39,822 nt of DNA, from positions 29,773,398-29,813,219 of the forward strand of contig NC_069001.1 in NCBI RefSeq assembly GCF_001194135.2, read 5' to 3'. The first letter of the stretch is position 1; each line of letters begins with the position of its first letter. The notes below the pieces were generated by a model. The model was not told the DNA's origin. It made no database searches and was given only the letters and a program-made list of their open reading frames with translations. Shown here one piece after another: positions 1-11,756 of this stretch. Source of the DNA: Octopus bimaculoides. Lineage: Eukaryota. The translations under genes were made by a program, and so were the position numbers.

Positions 1-49
<49 letters not shown>

Positions 50-224
50 ATGTATATCTATCTATCTATCTATCTATATATATATATATATATGTAAATA
101 ATACATTACGTTCTTCATCAGTCCTTACTATTTTTACTTTAGTATCGCTTGCTTAAGATTAACTCAGTGTCAAAAACAGATTATACAATAAAGCAGTGTC
201 AATTTAGTCGTTCATATATAACTT

Positions 225-532
225 TATCTTAACTCCCACTCTCTCGGCTACGATGAGGAGAGTCTGAGTTGATCTCAAGCGAAGGGAACAGTTTGCCCCT
301 GAAATTAACGTGCAAGTAGCTCAGCACTCTGCAGAAACACTATCTCTTAATATAGTTCTTGGGAACAATCAACGTAACACAGAAACTGACAACTCATTTT
401 TCCTATTCGAGTTGACTGGAGCAACGTAAAGTAAAGTGGCTTGGTTAAGAATAAAACATGCCACTGCGAATCGAACTCACGACATTACGATCATAAGCTG
501 ACACCCCTAATCCGTAAGCTACACGCCTTCAC
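225..532 (-). mobile_element. tRNA-derived SINE (family A), degenerate
   Basis: Minus strand starts gtgaaggcgtgtagc..., with a B-box GAGTTCGATTC (468-478). It continues with a central ttgctccagtcaactc block shared with the copies at 5.4, 20.8 and 28.5 kb. The 3' half matches the 28.5-kb copy. Confidence 0.8.
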
Positions 533-2268
533 GTATAACCTTATATGAAGTAGTTAAAACCATCCATTCAAATTCCCGCCGTCTTTATTCCGGGCTCACC
601 CAAAGACATTTGGTGCCAGTGAGAGTTACTACAGCATCATTGTAGACAAGAATGTTGAGTAAAATTGGTTTGGTGCACGCTTTATGACGTTCCTCAAATC
701 AGACAATGTATATCTATCAGTTATGTTCGATCTATTTCTCTATTTTAAAGACTGCATGGTATTATCAAATGTGGTTAAACTAATTGTTTGGGTAGAATTA
801 TTTTACATGTAGTAACGTCAAAGACAGGTTCTAATAACAACGAATATTTCAGTATAGTAAGGAAGTTTATGAGTTTATTTAAATTCTCCTTTATTCTATA
901 AAATATGGCGGAAATAGAAGTATATTTCCCTTTCTCGAACTTCTTTCAGTTAATTTGTTATTGATCAGTCATGCAGTGTCGCTGCATTCTAGTGCGTTGC
1001 CTGCCTGAAATGAGCGGTTGGTTAATATACGCGCAAAACATCTTCAAGACAAAGCCTGCGGGAATGTATAGACAAGGAAGGCTTTCTGGGAAAGGACGGG
1101 CGAAGGAAATTAATATAAAATCTAAATAGTAAATCACAGTAGTGATGACCTCAGATAAATAAGCGGGCGTGATTTTTTGCCTTCAGACGTATCGAGCGCA
1201 AACCTGTATAGAAGTAATTATATAACCAGAACAAAGTTGCAACACATGTAGATGCAAAGTGTTGCCGCCTGCGATTAAATAGATATTTGGAAAACTGTTA
1301 GAATTCATTTGTGTATGATTCTACATGTATGTTCTCCCTGTCAAATATTGTGTCGATTAACCCTTTTGTATCTATAATGATTTTAAAATGTCTTCACCAA
1401 AACAAAATTCATGTGCATTAGATTTGAATTCATGTTTATGAATGATTCTGTGTCGCTAATTATCTGTTGCTAGTTATAATGGCTAGTTATATCTCAATAT
1501 ATGAAGATAGCGCTGGGGTGAAGTGGCACATCGTGTTTATGGAAATGATACGGCAGTCTTCAATAAACTCAGTGTTCTTATCTTGAAAATAAACAAATTG
1601 GTAATCTTCAGGAAATATTTATTGAGGATAAATAAACCACCTTATATCCTCCATGATAAATATAACATTTTTCAATTCAGAGAAAGCATTTTTACACACG
1701 CCTCGGCAGGAATCGAAATATGCACTCAGCTGTTAAAGATGCTAGTCAGGTGGCGAGCACAACGTTATGAAACACTGCAAAAAATGTAACGTAAAATGTC
1801 AAAAACTTACCCAAAATAATGAGATTAATATAGTTTTGAAATTATGTTCTCTTTTATTCAAGAACATTATTTCCATGACATTTTATATTTCGTTTATTTC
1901 CACGTATACTTTGCAACGGATATAAATAAAATAAGTTTAATTGTAAAAAAAAAAGTATATTGTTCCAATGTTCCAAAGCATACTAGCAGATATCATTAGC
2001 TGAACTTGCTAGTAACTCAGCCTGGCATATTCACTGTTTCTCTGGATTGTAGCCTCATAATCTAACCGTAAATATCATGATGAAGGTGCATCCTCTATGA
2101 AAGGAAATATAGCATAATAATTAACGGAAGTGTATTTATATAATTCAATTAAATTTGATATATTTTAATTGGCACAGTGCAGTGTCAGAACAGCGAAATC
2201 TATAATAACAGCAATGAATTATTCAGGGATTTTACAGAATGTGCAAGTCGCTTCTAATAATTGCTTAC

Positions 2269-2290
2269 CTAAGCCAGCTAAGAACTTCAT
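2269..2290 (-). CDS. Possible short coding exon MKFLAGL (phase 1), unverified
   Basis: ATG AAG TTC TTA GCT GGC TTA G followed by a good donor AG|GTAAGC at 2268, with an in-frame stop upstream. The peptide resembles a signal-peptide start. No convincing next exon was found. Confidence 0.2.
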
Positions 2291-2569
2291 TTCAGATTTA
2301 CGGGTCTGTCATTCTGTCACTTAGGCTTAATGTGCAAAGCAGAAGCATACATAAAAATGGTGATTCTTATTTGCTACAAATAGGTTCAAAAGTAGGTGAT
2401 CCTTGTTGCTCATATAACATAAAGATTTTCATCGTGCAAATACGTAGGAAATCTAAACGATTAAAAATAGTAAAACGGAAAAGGAGGAACAGATACAGTC
2501 GTTTCTTCTTCACCAAGCAATAATAGAAAAAGCAATGTAGGTGATATATCAACTCAGAATACCATGAAT

Positions 2570-2608
<39 letters not shown>

Positions 2609-2949
2609 GAGAGTGAGGATGACAGAGTGAATAAAAATTGAGAATACTGATGATGCCATAGTCCTTCCCACACAACTTTAGTCCTGGTCATGAAACAAAA
2701 ATTAAGCTGACTGTGAGCGTTTCATTTTCAACTAAATTTTAACGATATATCAGGATACTCTATGAGCATTATCTACAGATATGAGTATAGATAACTCAGA
2801 TAAAATGTATTGTATATATGAGTATTAAAGAGAAATTTTCTGGATGGTGTTTTGCCCGTTATATTCTTCAGTAGTAAAAAAAGATTTTTAATTGAATGCA
2901 GCTAGCAGGTCAGGAATCTTATTTTACATACAGACGTATATATGGAGTT

Positions 2950-3300
2950 GGCGTTTACCAAATATATCCAGGAACTCCTATCAACGATTTTTGAGCGAGA
3001 AATGAAGAGTTGTAGCAAAGTTTGCACCACGCTTGATCACGGATTATTAAAAGCAGTCACGTCTGAATGCCAGCCGTGAACTGTATTAACACTTGGAAAT
3101 TTATCCGGACCATTTTTCGAAGGTCATCACTGGTGAAGAAAGAAAGTGCTACGGAATTTGCAGATATGGACGGGGTGAAGAAAAAACCGACAGAGACTTT
3201 AAAGGGATCTCTTCGATACAATTTAAATAAGGACTTTGAAAATAAATCCTATGGTGGATTTGTTCTACTAAATTAATTCAAGGCGTAACTCTAACATGGC
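2950..3300 (+). mobile_element. Mariner transposase remnant with internal deletion
   Basis: Frame from 3003 reads *RVVAKFAPRLITDY*KQSRLNASREL..LEIYPDHFSKVITGEE, matching the mariner (W/F)VP(R/H)-L and ITGDE motifs. It then jumps to the C-terminal FADMDGVKKKPTETLKG. Several stops; no TIRs seen. Confidence 0.8.
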
Positions 3301-3440
3301 TGTGGACACAACACTGAAACAAATAAAAGACTAATGGAATTTAATAATATATATTACATGAAACAATAGCAACTTGCCATGTCTAAAATTTTAACAAGGT
3401 GTCATGCAAGTAGATTTGGGACTTAATTAGTTACATAATA

Positions 3441-3676
3441 TTGATTTTAAATTTTGACACAAGGCCAACGATTTTGATACGGGATTAAGTCGATTAAATC
3501 AATCCCAGTGTTTAACTGGTACTTATTTTTTCATCCCCGAAAATCATGAATGACACACTCGACCTCGGCGGAATTTGCACTTAGAACTTAAGGACGGACG
3601 AAATCACGCTAAGCATTTTGCCTGGCATACGAGCGATACTGGTCGTCTCAAAACCTTTCTGCCAGCTCACCGCCTT
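3441..3676 (-). mobile_element. SINE family B copy (left member of head-to-head pair)
   Basis: Reverse complement of the 3706-3926 copy: ctcgacctcggcggaattt, gctaagcattttgcc and tgccagctcaccgcctt blocks. Confidence 0.85.
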
Positions 3677-3705
3677 TGATTACTCTTATAATATAAGTTG
3701 TGTAT

Positions 3706-3926
3706 AAGGTGGTGACCTGGCAGAAACGTTAGTACGCCGGGCGAAATGCTTAGCGGTATTTCGTCTGCTTTTACATTCTGAGTTCAAATTCGGCCGAGGT
3801 CGACTTTGTCTTTCGTCCCTTCGGGGTCGATAAATTAAGTACAAGTTACGTACTGGGGTCCATCTAATCTACTGGCCCCGCTCCCCTCAAATTTCGGGCC
3901 TTGTGCCTAGAATGGAAACGAATATT
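3706..3926 (+). mobile_element. SINE family B copy (right member of head-to-head pair)
   Basis: aaggtggtgacctggcagaaacgttag head, B-box-like GAGTTCAAATTC, body ggccgaggtcgactttg...ggggtcgataaattaagtac, and 3' end ggccttgtgcctag...aatatt. Confidence 0.88.
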
Positions 3927-4720
3927 AGTTGTGTGTGACTCGAGGTCGTATAACAATTCATAAGATTATACAAAGTTGAGAAACCAATATTTTCTGGATT
4001 GATTTTGTATAATGTGTTATCGTATCAGTATATATACGATGTTGAATGGTGCAAGATCTATTTATTACATTAAGCGTATGAATACAGTTGCAACTCACAG
4101 GAGAACATTTCATACGAAAGGCATTTCTCTGTCGAAATGGTTGTTCGTTGATATACGGCTGCTAAGATTTATGAATTTGGAAGTGTAATGCCAAACGAAT
4201 GTGTGAATGAGATACAATCCATTCTATGATCTTCAAATTTGAAGCTACATATATCAGGAATTAATGGGGATCCTTAAGTGGTAAAATTGTACTTGGAAAG
4301 GTAACTATGAAAAATTGATGTTTCTTCTGATAGCAGTGGAATGATAGTTTCCTATAAAGAGGTATCTTCAAAGACTATAAAATTTATAACGTTTTTTATT
4401 TTTTTTATTTCTCTCACCAGCATTTATGAAATAGTTTTTGCCATATTGATTTTCAGGTGGTATTCAGGTGATAATAATCCACTTGACAGGAATCGATTTC
4501 AGTGTAGAGTGGTCAAGAGATACCATATAGATATTGCATTATATCATATATACAGAAATATGTATATCTCATCCTTTGACCACTCTGCATTTAGATTGGT
4601 CTCTGTAGTCCCGCATTTTATATCTACTATTACACAAAGTCTTATTTTAAAGCTATAAATTTTCTATCAATCAATCTAAATATCCATCTAACTATCGTCC
4701 CGTAATATTTATATACATAC

Positions 4721-4775
4721 ACAAATAGACACATATAGATATATGCAGGTGTGTGCATATGTGTGCGTGCGTGTA

Positions 4776-4851
<76 letters not shown>

Positions 4852-5147
4852 TACATTCATACATAGACATATATATTTGTGCATAGACACATACACACAC
4901 ACCACATACATATATAAATATATACATAAACACATATGCTTGCGCATGCACTCAGACATGCCCACATAACTCACAACAAATAGATATACATATACATATA
5001 AACACATACACATATATATACATACACACACATATATATATATACATACATACATACATATATATATACATACATACATACATATACATACATACATATA
5101 CATACATACATACATACATACATACATACATACATACATACATGCAT

Positions 5148-5197
<50 letters not shown>

Positions 5198-5220
5198 TGT
5201 GTGTGTGTGTGTGTGTGTGT
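4721..5220. repeat. Compound (TA)n/(TACA)n/(TG)n microsatellite field
   Basis: Directly visible. It accounts for the YI/MYVC ORFs at 4642-5289. Confidence 0.95.
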
Positions 5221-5778
5221 ATTACATATGAAACACATTAGTAATCGAATTCCGACCTGGGCAAATAAAATCGTCAAAATCTCATACATGAAAGGAGTAA
5301 ATGAGGTTTGGAAGCAACGAAAAGAAATGATTTACGTGCTAATAATTAAAACACATACGTATTAGAATGTTCAACGTTACATGTATGTGCAATGGATAGT
5401 CCATTGTATCTTTAATCATACGTGCTGTTATGTATTACGAAGGGGTATGAGTCTGTACTTAGTGCCTCACGCTCAAGATAACGTTGTAGTGAGTTCGATT
5501 CTCAGACCGGTCTGTGTGTTGTGCTCTTGAGCAAGACATGTTATTCATGCTTCACCGGTTCAATCATCCGTAGAAACGAGTTGCGACGTCACTAGTGCCT
5601 AGCTGTATCGGCCTTTCCCTTGGATAAAGTCGGTGACGTGGACAGGAGTGGCTGGTGTGCATGGGCGGCGGCTGGTCTTCCCTAAATAACGTTGCCAAGT
5701 TCAACTATATTACATATGAAACACATTAGTAATCGAATTCCGACCTGGGCAAATAAAATCGTCAAAATCTCATACATG
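5220..5778 (+). repeat. Perfect 71-bp direct repeat (5220-5290 and 5708-5778)
   Basis: tattacatatgaaacacattagtaatcgaattccgacctgggcaaataaaatcgtcaaaatctcatacatg occurs twice, identical, 488 bp apart. Confidence 0.97.
5439..5700 (+). mobile_element. tRNA-derived SINE (family A2), 3'-truncated
   Basis: B-box GAGTTCGATTC at 5491-5501, then ttgtgctcttgagcaagaca and gttgcgacgtcac...cccttggataa...ctggtcttcc. It is colinear with the reverse complement of the 20817-21150 copy and stops at ttgccaag. Confidence 0.85.
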
Positions 5779-6229
5779 TATATTGCAGGTGTTAACTGAG
5801 AATTATGAGCTGAAATAGGTCTATGTAAAATAAAGTATGTATAAATTTGTAATGAATTTGAAAATGTAATAGAATTACGGGAGCATATTTTGGGAGATTT
5901 TGTCTTTCTTTTGGATTCATATGGAACAGTTGGTATTTGGTGTAGTGTGTCAAGCTAGTTTCGGCAATTAATGCGAACAGTGGACAGTTTTGGAATGAAT
6001 GCGAAAATAGTATGAACTTGGCAAATTAAAGAAGGCGGAATTGTACAGTCATTAGGTACTGGTTATTTATTCCATAAATGTTATTGACATCTTAATTAAA
6101 GTAATTTTATTTTGGCTATACCCAACGGTTTTGTTTCTTATGTTCAATTCTTATGATATTTTCACTGCTGCTTCTTCAACTTTAAGGAAGTTGGTATGCT
6201 GAGCTTCACCTACGCGGTCTTCTGAGCTA

Positions 6230-6650
6230 TCAGACACAGACTGTTCTATCGTGGGTGGTTAGGTGATGCAGCGAGTGTTGCGTAACAACTGGTGACAGAA
6301 ATGGGATATTCGTTGCTGCAGTGAGCCAACTATTCGCTGTGGACTCTCAAGGGGTGCATACACGAATGAAGCGGCGTCTCTGACTACCATCATGCCCGGT
6401 ACCATCATTAACATCCAATGTTACATTAAACTGTCTACGTCGACTTTCTTCGCGAGGCAAGACGTACAACGTCTTCCGGCACGAACTCACCACGTGGGCA
6501 ATAGTTGTCTTTATACTTTGCCCTCACCGAAAAGCGAACCCGAATCATGCTACTTTCGCATTAAACATTCACGTGACCACAAAGCTTTATTTATTTTCGT
6601 CCTCGTTTGCAAAACCAGAGAGCTTAGTTCTAATTCGCGTCGTACCAATA
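6230..6650. promoter_or_regulatory. CpG-rich unique segment with E-box and ETS motifs; possible promoter or enhancer
   Basis: Locally high CpG density against an AT-rich background. CACGTG at 6491-6496, TCACGTGACC at 6569-6578, CCGGAAG (minus) at 6473-6479, and a minus-strand donor-like TG|GTGAGT at 6490. Confidence 0.3.
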
Positions 6651-6664
6651 CATTTTTTTTCGTT

Positions 6665-6722
6665 CGTAATAATAACAACAACAACAACAACAACAACAAC
6701 AATAATAATAATAATAATAATA

Positions 6723-6756
<34 letters not shown>

Positions 6757-6820
6757 NNNNNNNNNNNNNNNNNNNNNNNCCCCCCCCCCTCCACCCACAC
6801 ATACATATATAAATATATAT
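6665..6820. repeat. (AAC)n(AAT)n(TA)n microsatellites, a 23-nt gap and a poly-C run
   Basis: Directly visible. Confidence 0.95.
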
Positions 6821-6829
6821 ATATCTTGG

Positions 6830-7860
6830 GAAGTGGATTTTCCTGAAATTTCGGGAGGTTTATATAGAGGTGCCCTTTTCTCTCCTTAGGAACCTATCTA
6901 TTAGGAAACCTGAACTATATGTGAAGAAAATTTACGGATTTTTAAAGCCTTTTGGACTCTCTGTAGCGATAGAAAATGAACATGAATCAGTTAACTTCCT
7001 GGACCCTATTCTTAATCTTACTACTGGCAACTATGAACCATACCACAAACGTAACACCAATCTTAAGTATAGAAATGTCGGAAGTAATCATCCCGGTTCT
7101 TTTAAAGATATTTTATTCTCTAAAAGAATTTCTAGTCTATCGTCTAATAAGGATATTTTTGACAAAAATGCCGACTATTATTATATGGCACTCAGCAAAG
7201 CTGGTGGGGGGGCAACTAAAGTATTATCTTTATCTCTAACACCATGTTTCTCCTGTTAGTAATAATTTAAAACGAATTGGCAGGAATTGGAATGATAGAG
7301 GATGTAAGGATAAATGTCCAAATGGGAATTATTGTGTACAAAATACGAGAACCAATGTATTATTTCCTTCATATAATTGTCCTCATATGATTAGGACTAT
7401 GAATAATAGAATAAAAACAGACTACTTATATATTTAATAAGGTTCGAAAATTTAAAAATTATAATACATCTTCTGATAAGAACGGTATTATCTGTTTTAT
7501 AACTCCATTTGCTAAGCAAATTGAGAATTATTTGGTAGGGGCCTTTTACAAATTTTTTCTAAACATCTTCCAAAGGAAAGTAGATATTACGATATTAATA
7601 GCTCTACATTTCTTAAAGTTGCCTTTTCTGTATCAAAAAATTTGTCCCGAATTATATCTGCAATTAACAAAAGAAAATTATCTATATTTTATAACAATTA
7701 TGACCGTTTTGAATGCAACAATAGTAATGCTCTTAGAAGAAATGTTAGTACAAATTTTGTACATGAGTCGTCTACTGTTCAAGGGGAAACAATTCATGTT
7801 AAATGTCATCTGAATCTCTGGAATGTTGGTAACTTGTTAAATAGCAATTATACTGAATAG
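6830..7860 (+). mobile_element. Decayed Penelope-like retroelement (RT C-terminus/thumb, linker and start of GIY-YIG region)
   Basis: GGLYRG (degenerate GLYRDDG RT motif) and SVNFLDPILNLTTGNYEPYHK.N...SNHP...SKRISSLSSNKDIFDKNADYY..AL (ORF 6870-7259). After frameshifts it reads ICFITPFAKQ and SKHLPKESRYYDI..LKVAFSVSKNLSRIISAINKRKL (about 7480-7680), typical of PLE ORFs. Confidence 0.88.
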
Positions 7861-9322
7861 AATTATATGTGTAGTGATGAAAACATATGTTGTGATTGCA
7901 AGGTTAGAAGAAAATATTTATTTTAAAATAACTAAGCAAAAAATATTTACAGATGTAAAATGAAATTTAGAGGAACGATTTACTCTTACACAGTGACTAT
8001 ACACTTTTTTTTTTATCAAAGAACGCATCTCTAATCACATTTACCCCTTTATTAATGGTAACAGGTCTCTTGTACCAGCCTCAGTAAATGTATCTATGAC
8101 TTGAAAGAGAAGAAAAATAATTCTTTTTCTGTCGAGTTGGAGATCGCAAGCAAGGCTGCTTCTTATAAGGTTGGAAATTCCTTTTGCTTTATCTTCCTCG
8201 AACAATTATACCAAATATTATATTCCAAGCGGCGCTTCTTTATTCGAGGAGTGAGACTGGTTTTTCAGATAGGTAGGACATTTTCTGTTTTTCTGTCTCT
8301 CTTTTCCTTTATGAAAGTAAATGGCCTTTCAAAATCTAACATTAGACTTATTATCATAAAGAAAGTAATTATATGTTAAAGCTACTAGTACTTTGAATGT
8401 GTCGGTATTTCATGTTTAATGCACTATCACCTGTAACTATAAGAATAAAGATTTCTTCGTAGATATAATAGACATATTAAACATTATAGTAAAATATTAA
8501 TATCTGATTATTAATATTTCATCTTAAATGCATGGAAGGGGACTGACATTTCATGTATTAACGCATGTTTATGGCTGTTCAAAAACTGTTATCAACTTTA
8601 TTGCTATTATAAATAATTAATTATATATTACAGCTACCAGAACTTTGAATCTGTCGACATTTCAAGTTTTATTACACTAGCAAGTGTAAATATAAGGATT
8701 AAAGAATGCTTAGTAGATATAATATTGATATAAAAATATTAATTATATATTAAAGATCTATGTTAGGGTTTACGCACGGGTAGTAGTATAGTATGTATTT
8801 TCCATAGATGTAATTAAGCACAACTCTCATGTATACGTCATTGCTGTTTTATAATATAATTCATTAAACTAAGTTAATGATAAAACGTGTTGATCTTGTA
8901 GTAGTAGTAACTTCAGTGATTTAGATTTTATATAAAATCTTTATTAATAGGATTTGGTATCGTTTACGTTTTCCTTTGTTTATATAGATTGTACTAACCA
9001 TAACTATTGTGTACAGATGTAGATGAAGCGATAGTCTGATATGGTAACTAATGGGCAGTGTTTATGCGTCGTATTTTTCGTTGTCTCCGATATTTAAAGA
9101 AAACGCATAATTACATGATGAATGTTACCGCTCACTCTCCCACACTCTCGCTCATTTTCTCTATGCCTCTTTCAATCTCCCTCTCCCTTTATCTCTCTCT
9201 CTCTATCTTTCTCTAACTCTTTCCCTAAACGCAACACCACCACCACCACCACCACCACCAATAAAAGCTATTATGTATTACAAACGCAAACACACAACTA
9301 TTTCAAACATATATACATCACC

Positions 9323-9520
9323 AATTACTCAAAAACTTCTTCCTTTTCTTAAGTCCTACCGTTTTCATTTTCATCATTCACTACTCAAAAACTTCTTCCT
9401 TTTCTTAGGTTCTGCCATTTTCATTTTCATCATTCACTACTCAAAAACTTCTTCCTTTTCTTAGGTCCTACCATTTTCATTTTCATCATTCACTACTCAA
9501 AAAGTTTCTTACTTTTTGAG
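9323..9520 (+). repeat. 56-bp tandem repeat, about 3.3 copies, ending in a 10-bp stem-loop
   Basis: Units start at 9323, 9379, 9435 and 9491 (cactactcaaaaacttcttccttttcttaggtcctaccattttcattttcatcatt). The partial last unit forms ctcaaaaagt-ttctt-actttttgag. Confidence 0.95.
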
Positions 9521-10674
9521 AACCCATCATAAATTGGTGAACATCGTGGCTTTGTTGTTCAAGAATATTATGAAAACGACACTTCTGCAATAGCGACGCA
9601 GTGTGCGTTTCATAGACACTTTGCGCTCGGTCGAAATGCATCTCTGTCAGACTGGAGAACGATTTTGCTTTGGATTTCTAAGATTCATGCAACACGATCC
9701 ACATTGAGAAGAAAATCTCCTGGCAGACCTAGGTGCGTTAGATCTCCCGAAAATGTTCAGCTATAACCAAACCATTCTGCTCATAAGTATAGCATAGCAT
9801 TAGAAATATCTAGTCGAAGTTTGAGGAGGGTTCTGCACGCTGATTTGAAACTGCATCCTTAGAAAATGATGTTAGTTCAAGAACTATTCGAAACAGATAA
9901 TAACTATGGTAGAGCCCTATGTGCGGATATTCTTGCACCTGTTCCCGCTACAGCTATTCTTCTAAGTACATATGAGGCTCACTTCCATATCAATAGAAAC
10001 GTAAACAAGCAGAATATTCGCCCCTGGGCTGAACCTAATCATCATGAACTCCGTGAATGACCGCTTTATTCTCCTCGTGCAACGGATCTGTGTTCAGTTG
10101 TCGATTTTGGAGTCACCGGTCAGTACTTTATGAAGAAGGCAATGAAACAGTAAGGGTTAACATTAGCCGATACGTTGAAATGTTGGAGGACGTTTGCACC
10201 CAAAACTGGATGTGTTGGATACCGAATATCTACTGTTTCAAAAGGACGGAGCCAAGGCCCACACAGCACAAGGTTTGTTTGGACTGTTGAGGGAAATGAT
10301 TCCTGGGCATTTGGTTTCTTTGATGGGAGACGTTGGGTGGCTGGCAAGGTCACCACATTTAATAGCTTGTAAAATCTTCCTTTGAGGATACCAAAAGGAA
10401 AATGTTTTCCGACATCATCTTCGAACTCTTGAAGATTTGATATAAAGGATTCGTGGGGAAAGCAACGCAATGCCACCTTAGATGACACGCAGAGACATGG
10501 AGAGCTACATCGATGTATTGCAAACAACGGCCGCTATTTGCTGAATATGATTTTTATAACCAAGTAAAATACAGTGTTTTTTAGTACTTTTCACAAACAT
10601 AAAACATGTTTTCCTGAATGGATATGTTCTCTTTTTATATTCATTCACAATACGGGAGATGTTTATACCCCACC

Positions 10675-10677
<3 letters not shown>
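9520..10677 (+). mobile_element. Decayed Tc1/mariner transposon, rosa-like (DD41D spacing), right TIR present
   Basis: The near full-length broken transposase reads GEHRGFVVQEYYEN...GRPRCVRSPENV...LHADLKLHP*KMMLVQEL...STYEAHFHINRNVNKQN...FQKDGAKAH...WLARSPHLIAC(K)IFL*GY. There are 41 residues between the second D and the third catalytic position. The element ends ...ccccaccctg|TA at 10677. No left TIR was seen. Confidence 0.9.
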
Positions 10678-10719
<42 letters not shown>

Positions 10720-10836
10720 TATCTATACACTTAGGAATATATATATACTCACATAAAGCACACGTATAAAACGAATCAGGGACATTTCGTTGGCACACTT
10801 ATATGCCTTGACTCTATTACACACACACACACACAC

Positions 10837-11725
10837 NNNNNNNNNNNNNNNNNNNNNNNNNNNNNNNNNNNNNNNNNNNNNNNNNNNNNNNNNNNNNNNN
10901 NNNNNNNNNNNNNNNNNNNNNNNNNNNNNNNNNNNNNNNNNNNNNNNNNNNNNNNNNNNNNNNNNNNNNNNNNNNNNNNNNNNNNNNNNNNNNNNNNNNN
11001 NNNNNNNNNNNNNNNNNNNNNNNNNNNNNNNNNNNNNNNNNNNNNNNNNNNNNNNNNNNNNNNNNNNNNNNNNNNNNNNNNNNNNNNNNNNNNNNNNNNN
11101 NNNNNNNNNNNNNNNNNNNNNNNNNNNNNNNNNNNNNNNNNNNNNNNNNNNNNNNNNNNNNNNNNNNNNNNNNNNNNNNNNNNNNNNNNNNNNNNNNNNN
11201 NNNNNNNNNNNNNNNNNNNNNNNNNNNNNNNNNNNNNNNNNNNNNNNNNNNNNNNNNNNNNNNNNNNNNNNNNNNNNNNNNNNNNNNNNNNNNNNNNNNN
11301 NNNNNNNNNNNNNNNNNNNNNNNNNNNNNNNNNNNNNNNNNNNNNNNNNNNNNNNNNNNNNNNNNNNNNNNNNNNNNNNNNNNNNNNNNNNNNNNNNNNN
11401 NNNNNNNNNNNNNNNNNNNNNNNNNNNNNNNNNNNNNNNNNNNNNNNNNNNNNNNNNNNNNNNNNNNNNNNNNNNNNNNNNNNNNNNNNNNNNNNNNNNN
11501 NNNNNNNNNNNNNNNNNNNNNNNNNNNNNNNNNNNNNNNNNNNNNNNNNNNNNNNNNNNNNNNNNNNNNNNNNNNNNNNNNNNNNNNNNNNNNNNNNNNN
11601 NNNNNNNNNNNNNNNNNNNNNNNNNNNNNNNNNNNNNNNNNNNNNNNNNNNNNNNNNNNNNNNNNNNNNNNNNNNNNNNNNNNNNNNNNNNNNNNNNNNN
11701 NNNNNNNNNNNNNNNNNNNNNNNNN
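10837..11725. other. Assembly gap (largest of 10; others at about 6757-6779, 15207-15616, 17213-17222, 17877-18216, 22876-23433, 25944-26560, 34277-34555, 37334-37832, 39176-39283)
   Basis: Runs of N, almost all flanked by (TA)n or (CA)n microsatellites. The poly-X ORFs are artefacts. Confidence 0.99.
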
Positions 11726-11756
11726 CAATCGTCATTAGCCACATATAATTCATCAC

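Noticed and set aside
3965-4013. AT-rich hairpin (attatacaaa/tttgtataat) that could be a pre-miRNA
   Set aside because: Short, low in GC and with a large bulge. Such stems are common in AT-rich DNA.
4341-4658. 105-aa ORF with an acceptor-like ttttcag at 4457 (WYSGDNNPLDRNRFQC)
   Set aside because: No recognisable homology and no good donor site.
8040-8380. 92-aa plus ORF whose antisense frame looks like decayed coding sequence
   Set aside because: No family motif was recognised and the antisense frame has several stops. tBLASTx would be needed.
9323-9520. Tandem repeats as a possible CRISPR array
   Set aside because: The units are contiguous without unique spacers, and the context is eukaryotic with no cas genes.
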